DNA of 64,000 nucleotides from Gemmatimonadota bacterium. GTDB lineage: Bacteria > Gemmatimonadota > Gemmatimonadetes > Gemmatimonadales > GWC2-71-9. The position numbers and the translations under genes were made by a program. This document shows, piece by piece, positions 56,651 to 64,000 of the stretch (position 1 is the first letter of the stretch; each line of letters begins with the position of its first letter). The notes under the pieces are model-generated. The model searched no databases. It saw only the letters and a program-made list of their open reading frames with translations, and was not told where the DNA came from. The stretch is taken from positions 26,777 through 90,776 of the forward strand of contig JBDHBX010000015.1 of NCBI GenBank assembly GCA_039592335.1, in the 5' to 3' direction.

Positions 56651-58384
56651 TCAGGTGGAATTCAAGTACAAATGGACGTACATGACTGCCATGGATCCCT
56701 CCCCCACCGCGGAGGCGACTCGTTTCACGGATCCGTGGCGAACGTCACCGGCCACGAAGACACCGGGGAGGCTCGTCTCCAGCATGTAGGGGGTGTGACT
56801 CACCGGAGTCTCCAACTTCGTACCAGCAGCAAGCCAACCCGAGGAACGTCTGGGCGCCCTAGGGGAGGGCGTATCGTGCAACACCCGCGCCGCGGCGGCC
56901 GCCTGCGCCTCCGGTCCCGACAAAATGAAGCCGTGCTCGTCACGCGCCACCGTGTCCCCCAGCCACTCGGTGTGCGGCACCGCACCGATGAAGATGAAGA
57001 GCCCGCTTGCCGGAACGGTCTTCGTCGACTTCCCGCCCTCGCTTGACAGCACGAGCTGCTCGAGCCGGTCATCACCCTTCACCTCGCGCACCTCGGTCTC
57101 GGTCCACACCGCGATGCAGTCTGTCCCACCAATCTGGTCGATGAGGTATTGAGACATCGTCTTGGAAAGTGACTTGCCTCGCACCAGCATCGTGACGCTG
57201 TTGGCAAACCTCGAGAAATACATCGCGGCCTGTCCCGCCGAATTCGCCCCGCCGATGATGTACACGTCCTTTCCCCGTACCGACTCCCCTTCCCCCATCG
57301 CGGCACCGTAGTACACTCCGGCGCCGCTCAGACGTTGAACGCCTTCAGCCTGGAGCTGCCGATACGAGACGCCGGTCGCGATGACAACTGCCCGGCAGTG
57401 CAGCTCGTTGCCATCGCTCAGCCGTACCGTACGCGTCGGGCCGTCGGCCTCGAAACCCACGACCTCCTGGGCCGTGAGAATCTCCGCGCCGAAACGACGC
57501 GCTTGCGTCACGGCCCGGCGAGCGAGCTCAGCGCCTGACAATCCCGTGGGGAACCCGAGGTAGTTCTCGATTCGCGAACTCATTCCAGCCTGCCCCCCGG
57601 CGGCCTGGCGCTCGACCACCAACGTGCGCAGACCCTCTGAAGCACCGTACACGGCTGCCGCCAGTCCGGCGGGTCCCGCTCCCACGATGATCAGGTCGTA
57701 CAGCGGCCTGTCGGCGATCGTCTGCAACCCAGCACGCTGGGCGATCTCGCGATTGTCCGGTTTGCAGAGCACGGCCCCGTCGGGAAAGAACAGACAGGGC
57801 AACTCCGGCTTGGCCATGCCGGTCCCCTCGATCAGCTGCCGGGCCTCGTCGCTCATTTCCACATCGAGCCAGAGATACGGAATGTTGTTTCTCGCGAGGA
57901 ACTCCTTCACCTGATGGGACGCCGGCGCCCACTGGTTGCCCACGACGCGAATGCCTTCGAAGACCGGCCGGTACGCGGCCTGCCAATCCTCCAGGAGATC
58001 GCTCACTACGGGGTACAGCTTCTCGTCGGGTGGATCCCACGGCTTGAGCAGGTAGTAGTCGAGGTCCACGTCGTTGATGGCCTTGATGGCGGCCTCGGTA
58101 TCCGCATAGGCCGTCAACAGCACTCTCTTCGCATCCGGGAAGAGCTCGACGGTCTGCCCGAGAAACTCCACGCCCGTCATTTCCGGCATGCGCTGATCGG
58201 CCAAAAAGAGCGCCACCGTGTCGCTCCGCCGCTTCAACGCGTCCGCAGCGTTCAGGGCCTCTTGGCCCGACGTGGCTTTGACGATCCGATAATCCGGTCG
58301 GTACTGCCGCCGCAAATCGCGTTCGATGGCGTTGCAGACCTGCGGGTCATCGTCCACCGTCATGATGACCGGCTCCGACATCAC
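56651..58384 (-). CDS. Response-regulator receiver fused to a thioredoxin-reductase-like FAD/NAD(P) oxidoreductase lacking the CxxC disulfide
   Basis: Receiver: IMTVDDDP...LFLADQRMPEMTG...LLTAYAD. Flavoprotein: LIIVGAGPAGLAAAVYGASEGL, IIGGANSAGQAAMY. GVYYGAAMGEG stands where TrxR has CATCDG. Confidence 0.8.
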   Translation of the reverse strand: MMSEPVIMTVDDDPQVCNAIERDLRRQYRPDYRIVKATSGQEALNAADALKRRSDTVALFLADQRMPEMTGVEFLGQTVELFPDAKRVLLTAYADTEAAIKAINDVDLDYYLLKPWDPPDEKLYPVVSDLLEDWQAAYRPVFEGIRVVGNQWAPASHQVKEFLARNNIPYLWLDVEMSDEARQLIEGTGMAKPELPCLFFPDGAVLCKPDNREIAQRAGLQTIADRPLYDLIIVGAGPAGLAAAVYGASEGLRTLVVERQAAGGQAGMSSRIENYLGFPTGLSGAELARRAVTQARRFGAEILTAQEVVGFEADGPTRTVRLSDGNELHCRAVVIATGVSYRQLQAEGVQRLSGAGVYYGAAMGEGESVRGKDVYIIGGANSAGQAAMYFSRFANSVTMLVRGKSLSKTMSQYLIDQIGGTDCIAVWTETEVREVKGDDRLEQLVLSSEGGKSTKTVPASGLFIFIGAVPHTEWLGDTVARDEHGFILSGPEAQAAAAARVLHDTPSPRAPRRSSGWLAAGTKLETPVSHTPYMLETSLPGVFVAGDVRHGSVKRVASAVGEGSMAVMYVHLYLNST

Positions 58385-58399
58385 TAATCTCCTTGGGCT

Positions 58400-59968
58400 T
58401 TAGGCCGTCTGCTCGCGATTGGCTTTCAGAGGAAGCCTGACCTCGAAGCAGGTTTCTCCCGGTTTCGAGCGGACCTCGATCTCTCCCTTGTGCTGTTGCA
58501 CGACGATGCTGTGGCTGATGTTGAGCCCCAGACCCGTACCCTCCCCGGGTGGCTTCGTCGTGAAAAAGGGGTCGAACACCTTGGTCTGTACGTCCTGTGG
58601 AATCCCCGGGCCGTCATCCGTGATCCGAACGACCGCCCATGGATCCCTTCTGGAGGTCTCGAGAGTCAACGTACCCTGGCCCTGCATCGCGCCGATCGCG
58701 TTGTCGACGATGTTCGTCCACACCTGATTCAACTCGCTCCCCACCGCCTGGATCCGCGGCAGATCGGTGTCGAACTTCCGGCGAATCGTCACACCTTGTT
58801 TGAGTTTGCCACGGAGCATGACCAGCGTGTCGTTCAGTCCCTCGTGAACGTCCACGGCCTGGACGGGCGCCTGATCGAGGTACGTGTAGGACTTGAGCGC
58901 CTTGACGATCTCGGATATCCGTCCCGCTCCCTCGCGAACCTCGGACATCAGTGCCTGCGTCGCGTACGTACTCGTGACCGACGCCAGCACCGTCGCCAGC
59001 CGGTCATCACCCAACCGCTCTGCCATCTCGGCCAGCTCGTTCTCGGTCACGCCGATCGTCACAAGCGTCGGCGCAAAATGCCAAGGCTCGGCTACGCCGT
59101 GCCCTTCCAGCCACCCTTCGATCTCGCCTTCCAGGTCGCTGCGCGTCAGCGGATCCAGATCCACCGGATCCCGGATCCGCTCTCTGGCGAGCGCTTGGAG
59201 GTCCTCCAGGACGCGAGCCTGCTCCTCGCTCAGATCCGCTTCGCCCAGCCGGCGCTCGGCCCGCGCGAGCCGCTCCAGCTCCTCGCGCAGCTGCTCCGCA
59301 CCTCGTTGCGCGGCGGCGGCGGGATTGTTGAGTTCGTGGGCCATCCCGGCGCTGAGTCGTCCGAGCGTGGCGAGCTTTTCGCTCTGCCGGAGCGTGATCT
59401 CCTGCTGCAGGTACGCCGTCTCAAGATCGCGCATCTTCTTTTGCTCCCACAACAGGTAGACCTTGTCGTGGAAGATCTCGGAGGCCAGGGTCAAGAACTT
59501 CACGTCCAGCTCGTTGAATGAACTCCGCACTTTGCTGTAGAGCAGCATGCTCTTGAGCCTGCCGGTGCCGAAGCGCGGGCAGACGTATATCTGCGCGATG
59601 GTGGGCTTGCGGAATTGCTCGGGAAGCACCTGCTTTGCGCTCTCGAGCTCTTCTGCATCGAGGAAGCGCGACTTTCTCCCCTTCCACAGATCCAGCTCGA
59701 TACTGCACAGCTGATCGACCGGTATCTGGTCCACGGTCGCCCGACCCCGAAAGCCATCCACGACGATGGCAACCCGCTGCCCGGCGGTGTGCGAGCCATC
59801 GGGCTCGAGGCTGAAATAGCGCCACGAGAAGACGTCCGCGACATACTTCAAGCGGCGCGCGAGAAGCTCGCCCACCTGAGCGATGTCCGCGGAGGCGTTG
59901 ATTTCGCTCGATAGCTCGAAGAGCGCCTCGTATCGTGAGAGCGTCGAGAGCGCGCCTTCAGTGGCCAC
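58400..59968 (-). CDS. Sensor histidine kinase with N-terminal GAF-like sensory region
   Basis: H-box LSAGMAHELNNPAAAA, N-box VWTNIVDNAIGAM, G-boxes DDGPGIP and GEGTGLGLNIS. No obvious TM segment. Confidence 0.85.
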   Translation of the reverse strand: MATEGALSTLSRYEALFELSSEINASADIAQVGELLARRLKYVADVFSWRYFSLEPDGSHTAGQRVAIVVDGFRGRATVDQIPVDQLCSIELDLWKGRKSRFLDAEELESAKQVLPEQFRKPTIAQIYVCPRFGTGRLKSMLLYSKVRSSFNELDVKFLTLASEIFHDKVYLLWEQKKMRDLETAYLQQEITLRQSEKLATLGRLSAGMAHELNNPAAAAQRGAEQLREELERLARAERRLGEADLSEEQARVLEDLQALARERIRDPVDLDPLTRSDLEGEIEGWLEGHGVAEPWHFAPTLVTIGVTENELAEMAERLGDDRLATVLASVTSTYATQALMSEVREGAGRISEIVKALKSYTYLDQAPVQAVDVHEGLNDTLVMLRGKLKQGVTIRRKFDTDLPRIQAVGSELNQVWTNIVDNAIGAMQGQGTLTLETSRRDPWAVVRITDDGPGIPQDVQTKVFDPFFTTKPPGEGTGLGLNISHSIVVQQHKGEIEVRSKPGETCFEVRLPLKANREQTA

Positions 59969-60037
59969 GAGACGGAGTCACCCCGGGTTTCCGGAGGCCG
60001 TCGACCGGCCGGCAGGAAACCCCGTTGGGGAGGTGGG

Positions 60038-60610
60038 TTACGAGGCTTCGGGAGGGTACGGTGCCTCCCACGGAATGTCGTACGCGTCGGTCACGCTGTT
60101 CATCATGACCGCGAAGTACCCGACGGCCAGTAACTCATCGATTTCGCCTTCCGAGAATCCAGCGTCCCGCAGCTCCTCTTCCAGTTCGAAATCGTCACCG
60201 GCAACGCTCTTCGGCTCCAGGGCAGCTCGGGAAACAACGTCCAGCGCCACCTGATATGAGGCTGGGAGCTTGGCGAGCGCCTGACCTTCCGACAGAGCCT
60301 TCAAGTCGTCGTAATTCAACGTTGAATCCAGACTACATGCGGCGTGCGCATGCAGGGACGTACAGTATTCGTTCCCTGCATTGATCGAAATACGAAAGAG
60401 AATCAACTCCTTCAGCAGTGCTGGAATCTCCCCTTCGACGAGAGTGTTCTTGAGCATCGACCATACCGCGCGGAGAACGTGCTGATTGTTCCCCAGGGCC
60501 TTGAAGACGTTCAGCACATCCTGGCTTCCCATCGTTTCCATGATTTCGTCGTAGATGGCCTGCACCTCGGGAGGCGCGGCATCGTACTCAACGACGGTCG
60601 CTCGCTTCAT
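60038..60610 (-). CDS. Carboxymuconolactone decarboxylase / AhpD-like family protein
   Basis: 190 aa with ELILFRISINAGNEYCTSLHAHAA (CMD-type CxxxH core). Confidence 0.7.
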   Translation of the reverse strand: MKRATVVEYDAAPPEVQAIYDEIMETMGSQDVLNVFKALGNNQHVLRAVWSMLKNTLVEGEIPALLKELILFRISINAGNEYCTSLHAHAACSLDSTLNYDDLKALSEGQALAKLPASYQVALDVVSRAALEPKSVAGDDFELEEELRDAGFSEGEIDELLAVGYFAVMMNSVTDAYDIPWEAPYPPEAS

Positions 60611-60729
60611 GATGCTCTCCAGATACTGGTCGCCTAAACCGCTTCAATCCGACGGGACGTCGGTGCGCTGTCCGTCCAACGACTCCGCGCAGCACCGCGC
60701 CCCCGCCCGACGCGGTACCGCCGGTGCCG

Positions 60730-61308
60730 CTAATTGCTCGAGAACGACTCGAGCGGAATCATCAAGTGCGCGTAGGGCGTCTCCGGCCACATGATCCAGG
60801 GTCCCCCGTTGTACGGATCCGTGGACACCCCCTCGAGCATCTCGGCGTCAGGCACGAGAACCATGAGGTGCGGCCCCAGGCCCTGGACCCAATCCCCCGC
60901 CGACGTGGGTTCGGTCGCGTAGGGATTCGTGTTGCTGACCGGCGTGTCGCCTTGGAGCATGTAGGCGATGCCTACGGTCGTGTACGTCGGCTTCGTCTGG
61001 CCGACATACGCCTGGAGGAAGTTGAGCCACGGCTCGTTCACGCACCACGGATCATTCCCGGGCGTGTTGGGCCGGTCCGGCAGGCAGGTCCAGCCGTTGG
61101 TTCCTTCCCGCACGGTCTCGAGGCTCCAGTTCATTACCGTCGCGTGCTTACTCACCGTGGCGGGACCGGCGCTCTCGGCGCTCGCGATCACGTCCTGCTG
61201 GGCGAGCGCAGTGGCAGGGAGCAACAGAGCCAAAGCGGCGCCAGTGAGAAGGGTGGATACTCGTCGCTTCGCGGCGGCGAGGTGGGCGCGTCGTATGGTG
61301 CTGACCAT
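60730..61308 (-). CDS. Hypothetical secreted protein
   Basis: From ATG 61308; signal peptide ...LLLPATALAQQ. No family recognised. Confidence 0.45.
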   Translation of the reverse strand: MVSTIRRAHLAAAKRRVSTLLTGAALALLLPATALAQQDVIASAESAGPATVSKHATVMNWSLETVREGTNGWTCLPDRPNTPGNDPWCVNEPWLNFLQAYVGQTKPTYTTVGIAYMLQGDTPVSNTNPYATEPTSAGDWVQGLGPHLMVLVPDAEMLEGVSTDPYNGGPWIMWPETPYAHLMIPLESFSSN

Positions 61309-61615
61309 TGATGTCTCCTCGGGAGGATGGACAATGAACCACGGCGACTCGGCGGCGCTTGCGTGATCGGAGCGAACACACGGGCGGGGCGTGTCGGACC
61401 GACCACGGCTGCGCAGTCGGCACCGTGGGCCAACCGGGTATTGTAACACGTCGCTCCCGAAAACGCGAACGTAAGAGTCGGAATTTGATTGCGCTGGTTA
61501 AGCATGGCGCGGGGGACACGGGCCGACTGCGCTGGGGGCGGCCACAGCACGCGGTATCTCACGCAACCGTATATTCTCGCATGTTCGTTGCGGCGCGTCG
61601 CGGCGAGGTGCGTTA

Positions 61616-62008
61616 ATGGCAGATGGCAGCGAGAAGAAGCGCAAGGTCACCAAGGACGAAGCAACGTCGAGGCGTAGGCCAAGGGTCCCTGGCCCGCACC
61701 ACAACGTCTATGTCATCCTGCTGGACAGGGAAGTGCTCGAGCACAGGCGGTTTCGCGACGCCAACCCCGATCACAACCCCGTGAAGCCGTGTGTATACGT
61801 GGGCATGACGGGCAAGCCGCCCGAGGAGCGCTTCATAGACCATCAGCGCGGTTACAAGTCCAACACCTTCGTCTACAAGTACGGCGTGAGGCTCTTGCCC
61901 AGGCAATTCGAGCGCTTGAACCCCATGACATACAGGGAGGCGGTTGCCGAGGAGAAGCGGCTCGCCAGCCGCCTACGCAGAGAGGGCTACGCCGTGTGGC
62001 AGGCGTAA
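61616..62008 (+). CDS. Small basic protein with GIY-YIG-like core, tentative
   Basis: 130 aa with a Lys/Arg-rich N-terminus. NVYVILLD ... CVYVGMTGKPPEERFIDHQRG ... E..LASRLRREGYAVW resembles GIY...YIG...R...E spacing, with a long insert. Confidence 0.4.
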   Translation: MADGSEKKRKVTKDEATSRRRPRVPGPHHNVYVILLDREVLEHRRFRDANPDHNPVKPCVYVGMTGKPPEERFIDHQRGYKSNTFVYKYGVRLLPRQFERLNPMTYREAVAEEKRLASRLRREGYAVWQA

Positions 62009-62127
62009 CCTGCTAGGTCTCCGGAGGAAAGCCCCGAACGCCACGTGACGCTCGGGGCTTGTTGAACGGCGGCGCGGGTGCCACGGTCGTGAACAGGCGC
62101 CGGCGCCGCGACCCACGCCTGCCGTGG

Positions 62128-62565
62128 CTATTGGGTACGCGTCCCCTGCTGTCGGCCGCGAAGTACCGAATCGGGTTCGGTGGTCTGATAGCGTGCCACG
62201 AACGTGCCGGCCAGGTCGCCGTCTTGCAGGCGGACCACGCTCCGCGTCGAGACCATCACGCCTTCGCGCAATGCGCTCTCGTAGGGCCCGACATCCACCA
62301 TGATGCTATCTCCTTCGACGGCGATCACCCGTGCAGGAATGGGTTCTCTGCCAACGAAGGTGACTGTCCAACCCTCGGTGTTGTCAGTCGCGACCATCTC
62401 GTACGTGACGAGGGCGCTGTCTCCAGTCTCCGGCAATGCTTGCATCGACCACACCCCTGCGACATCCGCGAGCGATATCGTAGGGGTCTCCATCGCGGCC
62501 TGCTCGTCGGACGGGGCGCAGCAGAGCAGAAGGGCCGCGCAGCAGAGTACGGCTGAGCGTTTCAT
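62128..62565 (-). CDS. Hypothetical lipoprotein
   Basis: From ATG 62565: MKRSAVLCCAALLLCC (lipobox-like). 145 aa. Confidence 0.45.
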   Translation of the reverse strand: MKRSAVLCCAALLLCCAPSDEQAAMETPTISLADVAGVWSMQALPETGDSALVTYEMVATDNTEGWTVTFVGREPIPARVIAVEGDSIMVDVGPYESALREGVMVSTRSVVRLQDGDLAGTFVARYQTTEPDSVLRGRQQGTRTQ

Positions 62566-62681
62566 GGAATCCTCCCGTCTCAGTTCACTTTGCACGTGCT
62601 TCAGGGGTTTTGAATGTGATGATAAGCTACACCCCGTCGGCAGTCCGCGCGAGTGACGAAGATGCATCCGCTGCCGGGCGC

Positions 62682-63209
62682 TCACGGCCAAAAGGCGACC
62701 GAGACCTGTAGTGCGGCCCCCTCGGACCCGGGCACCATACTCACGCGGAGCTGGTCGAGCGGGACCTCCTCCCACCGGTCGGTCTTGATGAGGGCGCCAA
62801 CACCCGCTCCGAACAACCCTCCGGCGAGAACGCCGATGCCGGCTCCCGCCATGACCACTCCCCCGTCGACGGTACACCACGCGTTCTCGCACACGATGAC
62901 CGCCGTCACCGCGCCGATGACGGCGCCAGCACCGATTCCGATGGCTGCACCCGTCCGCGCGTGTCCACCCCGTCCCCGGTACACATCGAGCCGCGTCACC
63001 GAGGTCAGGGGGCAGTACATCGTGGAATCGGCAACGGCTGTCAGCGTGTCACCGCGCAGCGCCTGGAACGTCGCCGACCGCTTCTCGATGCCGAGCTCGG
63101 GTGCCCACACACGCACGCGTGCCCCCGGTTCGAGCGATGGGACCTGGGCTGTCACGGAGCTGGACAGCGCGACCAGCGGGACGCTCAGGAGACAGATGAC
63201 GGCGCGCAT
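62682..63209 (-). CDS. Secreted protein with glycine-zipper membrane segment
   Basis: From ATG 63209: MRAVICLLSVPLVALSSSVTAQ. Glycine-zipper stretch GAAIGIGAGAVIGAVTAV...AGAGIGVLAGGLFGAGVGAL. Confidence 0.5.
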   Translation of the reverse strand: MRAVICLLSVPLVALSSSVTAQVPSLEPGARVRVWAPELGIEKRSATFQALRGDTLTAVADSTMYCPLTSVTRLDVYRGRGGHARTGAAIGIGAGAVIGAVTAVIVCENAWCTVDGGVVMAGAGIGVLAGGLFGAGVGALIKTDRWEEVPLDQLRVSMVPGSEGAALQVSVAFWP

Positions 63210-63287
63210 GGCAGAGTTAGGCAGCAGCCCAACGAGCGGCACACGATTGGCTTGGCGGCCCATAGCCTGTCCCTCCGGGCAGAGCGT

Positions 63288-64000
63288 CTACGTGATCAGG
63301 TCAAGGAGCTGCACCACCACATCGGCCACGACCAACAAGGTGAGCATGTCCGGTTCCGTGCCGTCGACCAGATCGGGCTTCACGAGCACCTCACCGCTCC
63401 CCCTGGTGCCCGAGTAGCTGAGCTCTGCAAAAGCTACCAGTCTACCCTCGCGCTCAAAGGCGAAGTAGCGCTCGCCGGTGAAGCTGCCTCCGTACTCGAC
63501 ACGCAACGGGGTGCCGTTGACGACGATCGCGAAGCGGATCTCGCTGCCGAGGGCAGACCACGAAGCCGTCACATGCCCGGTCTGTCGCCCGTCCTCATGA
63601 ATCCAGAAGGTGACCGGCGACACCAGCGCGGCGGTCTCTTCCGATACGCCTTCGGAGACCTCCAGCGCGCTTCGCATCACCGCCGTCTCACCCGAGATCT
63701 CATAGGTCCGGCCGTTCGAATGGTCTACCAGGACCAACGTGTGTCTTTGGGAGTCGTAGCCAAAGGCAAGCTGGGCCGATGCATCCCACGTGATGTCCAT
63801 CATCCGCTCGGCAGCGGATCCCGTCTCCTGCTGGGTTGACGTGAACGAGTACTTGCGGGTGGCGTGGACATTGGCCGGCTTGTGAACCGTCAGCTCGATC
63901 TTGCTGGCGGTTTCCGGAAAGGTGGGGTCATCCGCAAAGCGCTTCGTCTTGAGGCTGGTGCACGCGCCCATTGTGAGGGCGATGCCGACGAGCACCGGGA
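63288..64000 (-). CDS. Hypothetical lipoprotein, 5' end probably beyond the right edge
   Basis: ...LVGIALTMGAC lipobox. The frame is still open at 64000, so the n-region and start probably lie outside the window. Confidence 0.45.
   Translation of the reverse strand, partial: PVLVGIALTMGACTSLKTKRFADDPTFPETASKIELTVHKPANVHATRKYSFTSTQQETGSAAERMMDITWDASAQLAFGYDSQRHTLVLVDHSNGRTYEISGETAVMRSALEVSEGVSEETAALVSPVTFWIHEDGRQTGHVTASWSALGSEIRFAIVVNGTPLRVEYGGSFTGERYFAFEREGRLVAFAELSYSGTRGSGEVLVKPDLVDGTEPDMLTLLVVADVVVQLLDLIT

Noticed and set aside
47456-64000. Apparent drop in GC content in the right-hand quarter, which could indicate a horizontally acquired block.
   Set aside because: My hand counts of 60-nt lines were inconsistent. 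They gave about 60-62% in the TPR part of the giant gene and 55-62% in the HK gene. They gave about 70% in the kinase domain, the receiver-flavoprotein gene and the 53.7-kb region. A sliding-window calculation is needed before any claim.

Overview
High-GC bacterial chromosomal segment; 60-nt lines counted by hand range from about 55% to 70% GC. It holds about 60 protein genes on both strands, tightly packed, with several 4-8 nt start/stop overlaps. I recognised no rRNA, tRNA, CRISPR array, transposase, integrase or phage genes. The high GC creates many long antisense ORFs in the track, which I discarded, and I trimmed several track ORFs to internal starts. Signal transduction dominates. There are six Hanks-type Ser/Thr kinase genes: one with degenerate catalytic motifs, one cut at its glycine loop, and one 1553-aa kinase / zinc-ribbon / cyclase-like / P-loop / TPR giant. 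There are also two ECF sigma modules, a GAF-PAS-AAA+ enhancer-binding-type regulator without GAFTGA, and a histidine kinase paired with a receiver-flavoprotein fusion. Housekeeping genes include two cspA paralogs that share a long conserved leader, rpsU, dinB, an adenylate-kinase-like gene, UPF0182, and several peptidases and hydrolases. The best candidate for an undescribed system is the four-gene cassette at 2774-6498. It encodes a non-pyrrolysine MttB-family methyltransferase, a MetH-type reactivation domain, a corrinoid protein and a homocysteine S-methyltransferase. This is cobalamin methionine synthase in pieces, with the folate module replaced by an MttB protein. Second-tier candidates are an XRE-headed cluster of unassignable proteins (23836-25993), an ECF operon with a duplicated CBM48-like domain (13762-16689), the HEAT / giant kinase / DUF4242 locus (47142-53078) and a redox-flavoured two-component operon (56295-60610). 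All family calls rest on motif recognition by eye; no database search was run. The gene content (many TPR kinases, ECF sigmas, HEAT proteins) suggests a Gemmatimonadota-like or similar soil lineage, but that is only a guess.
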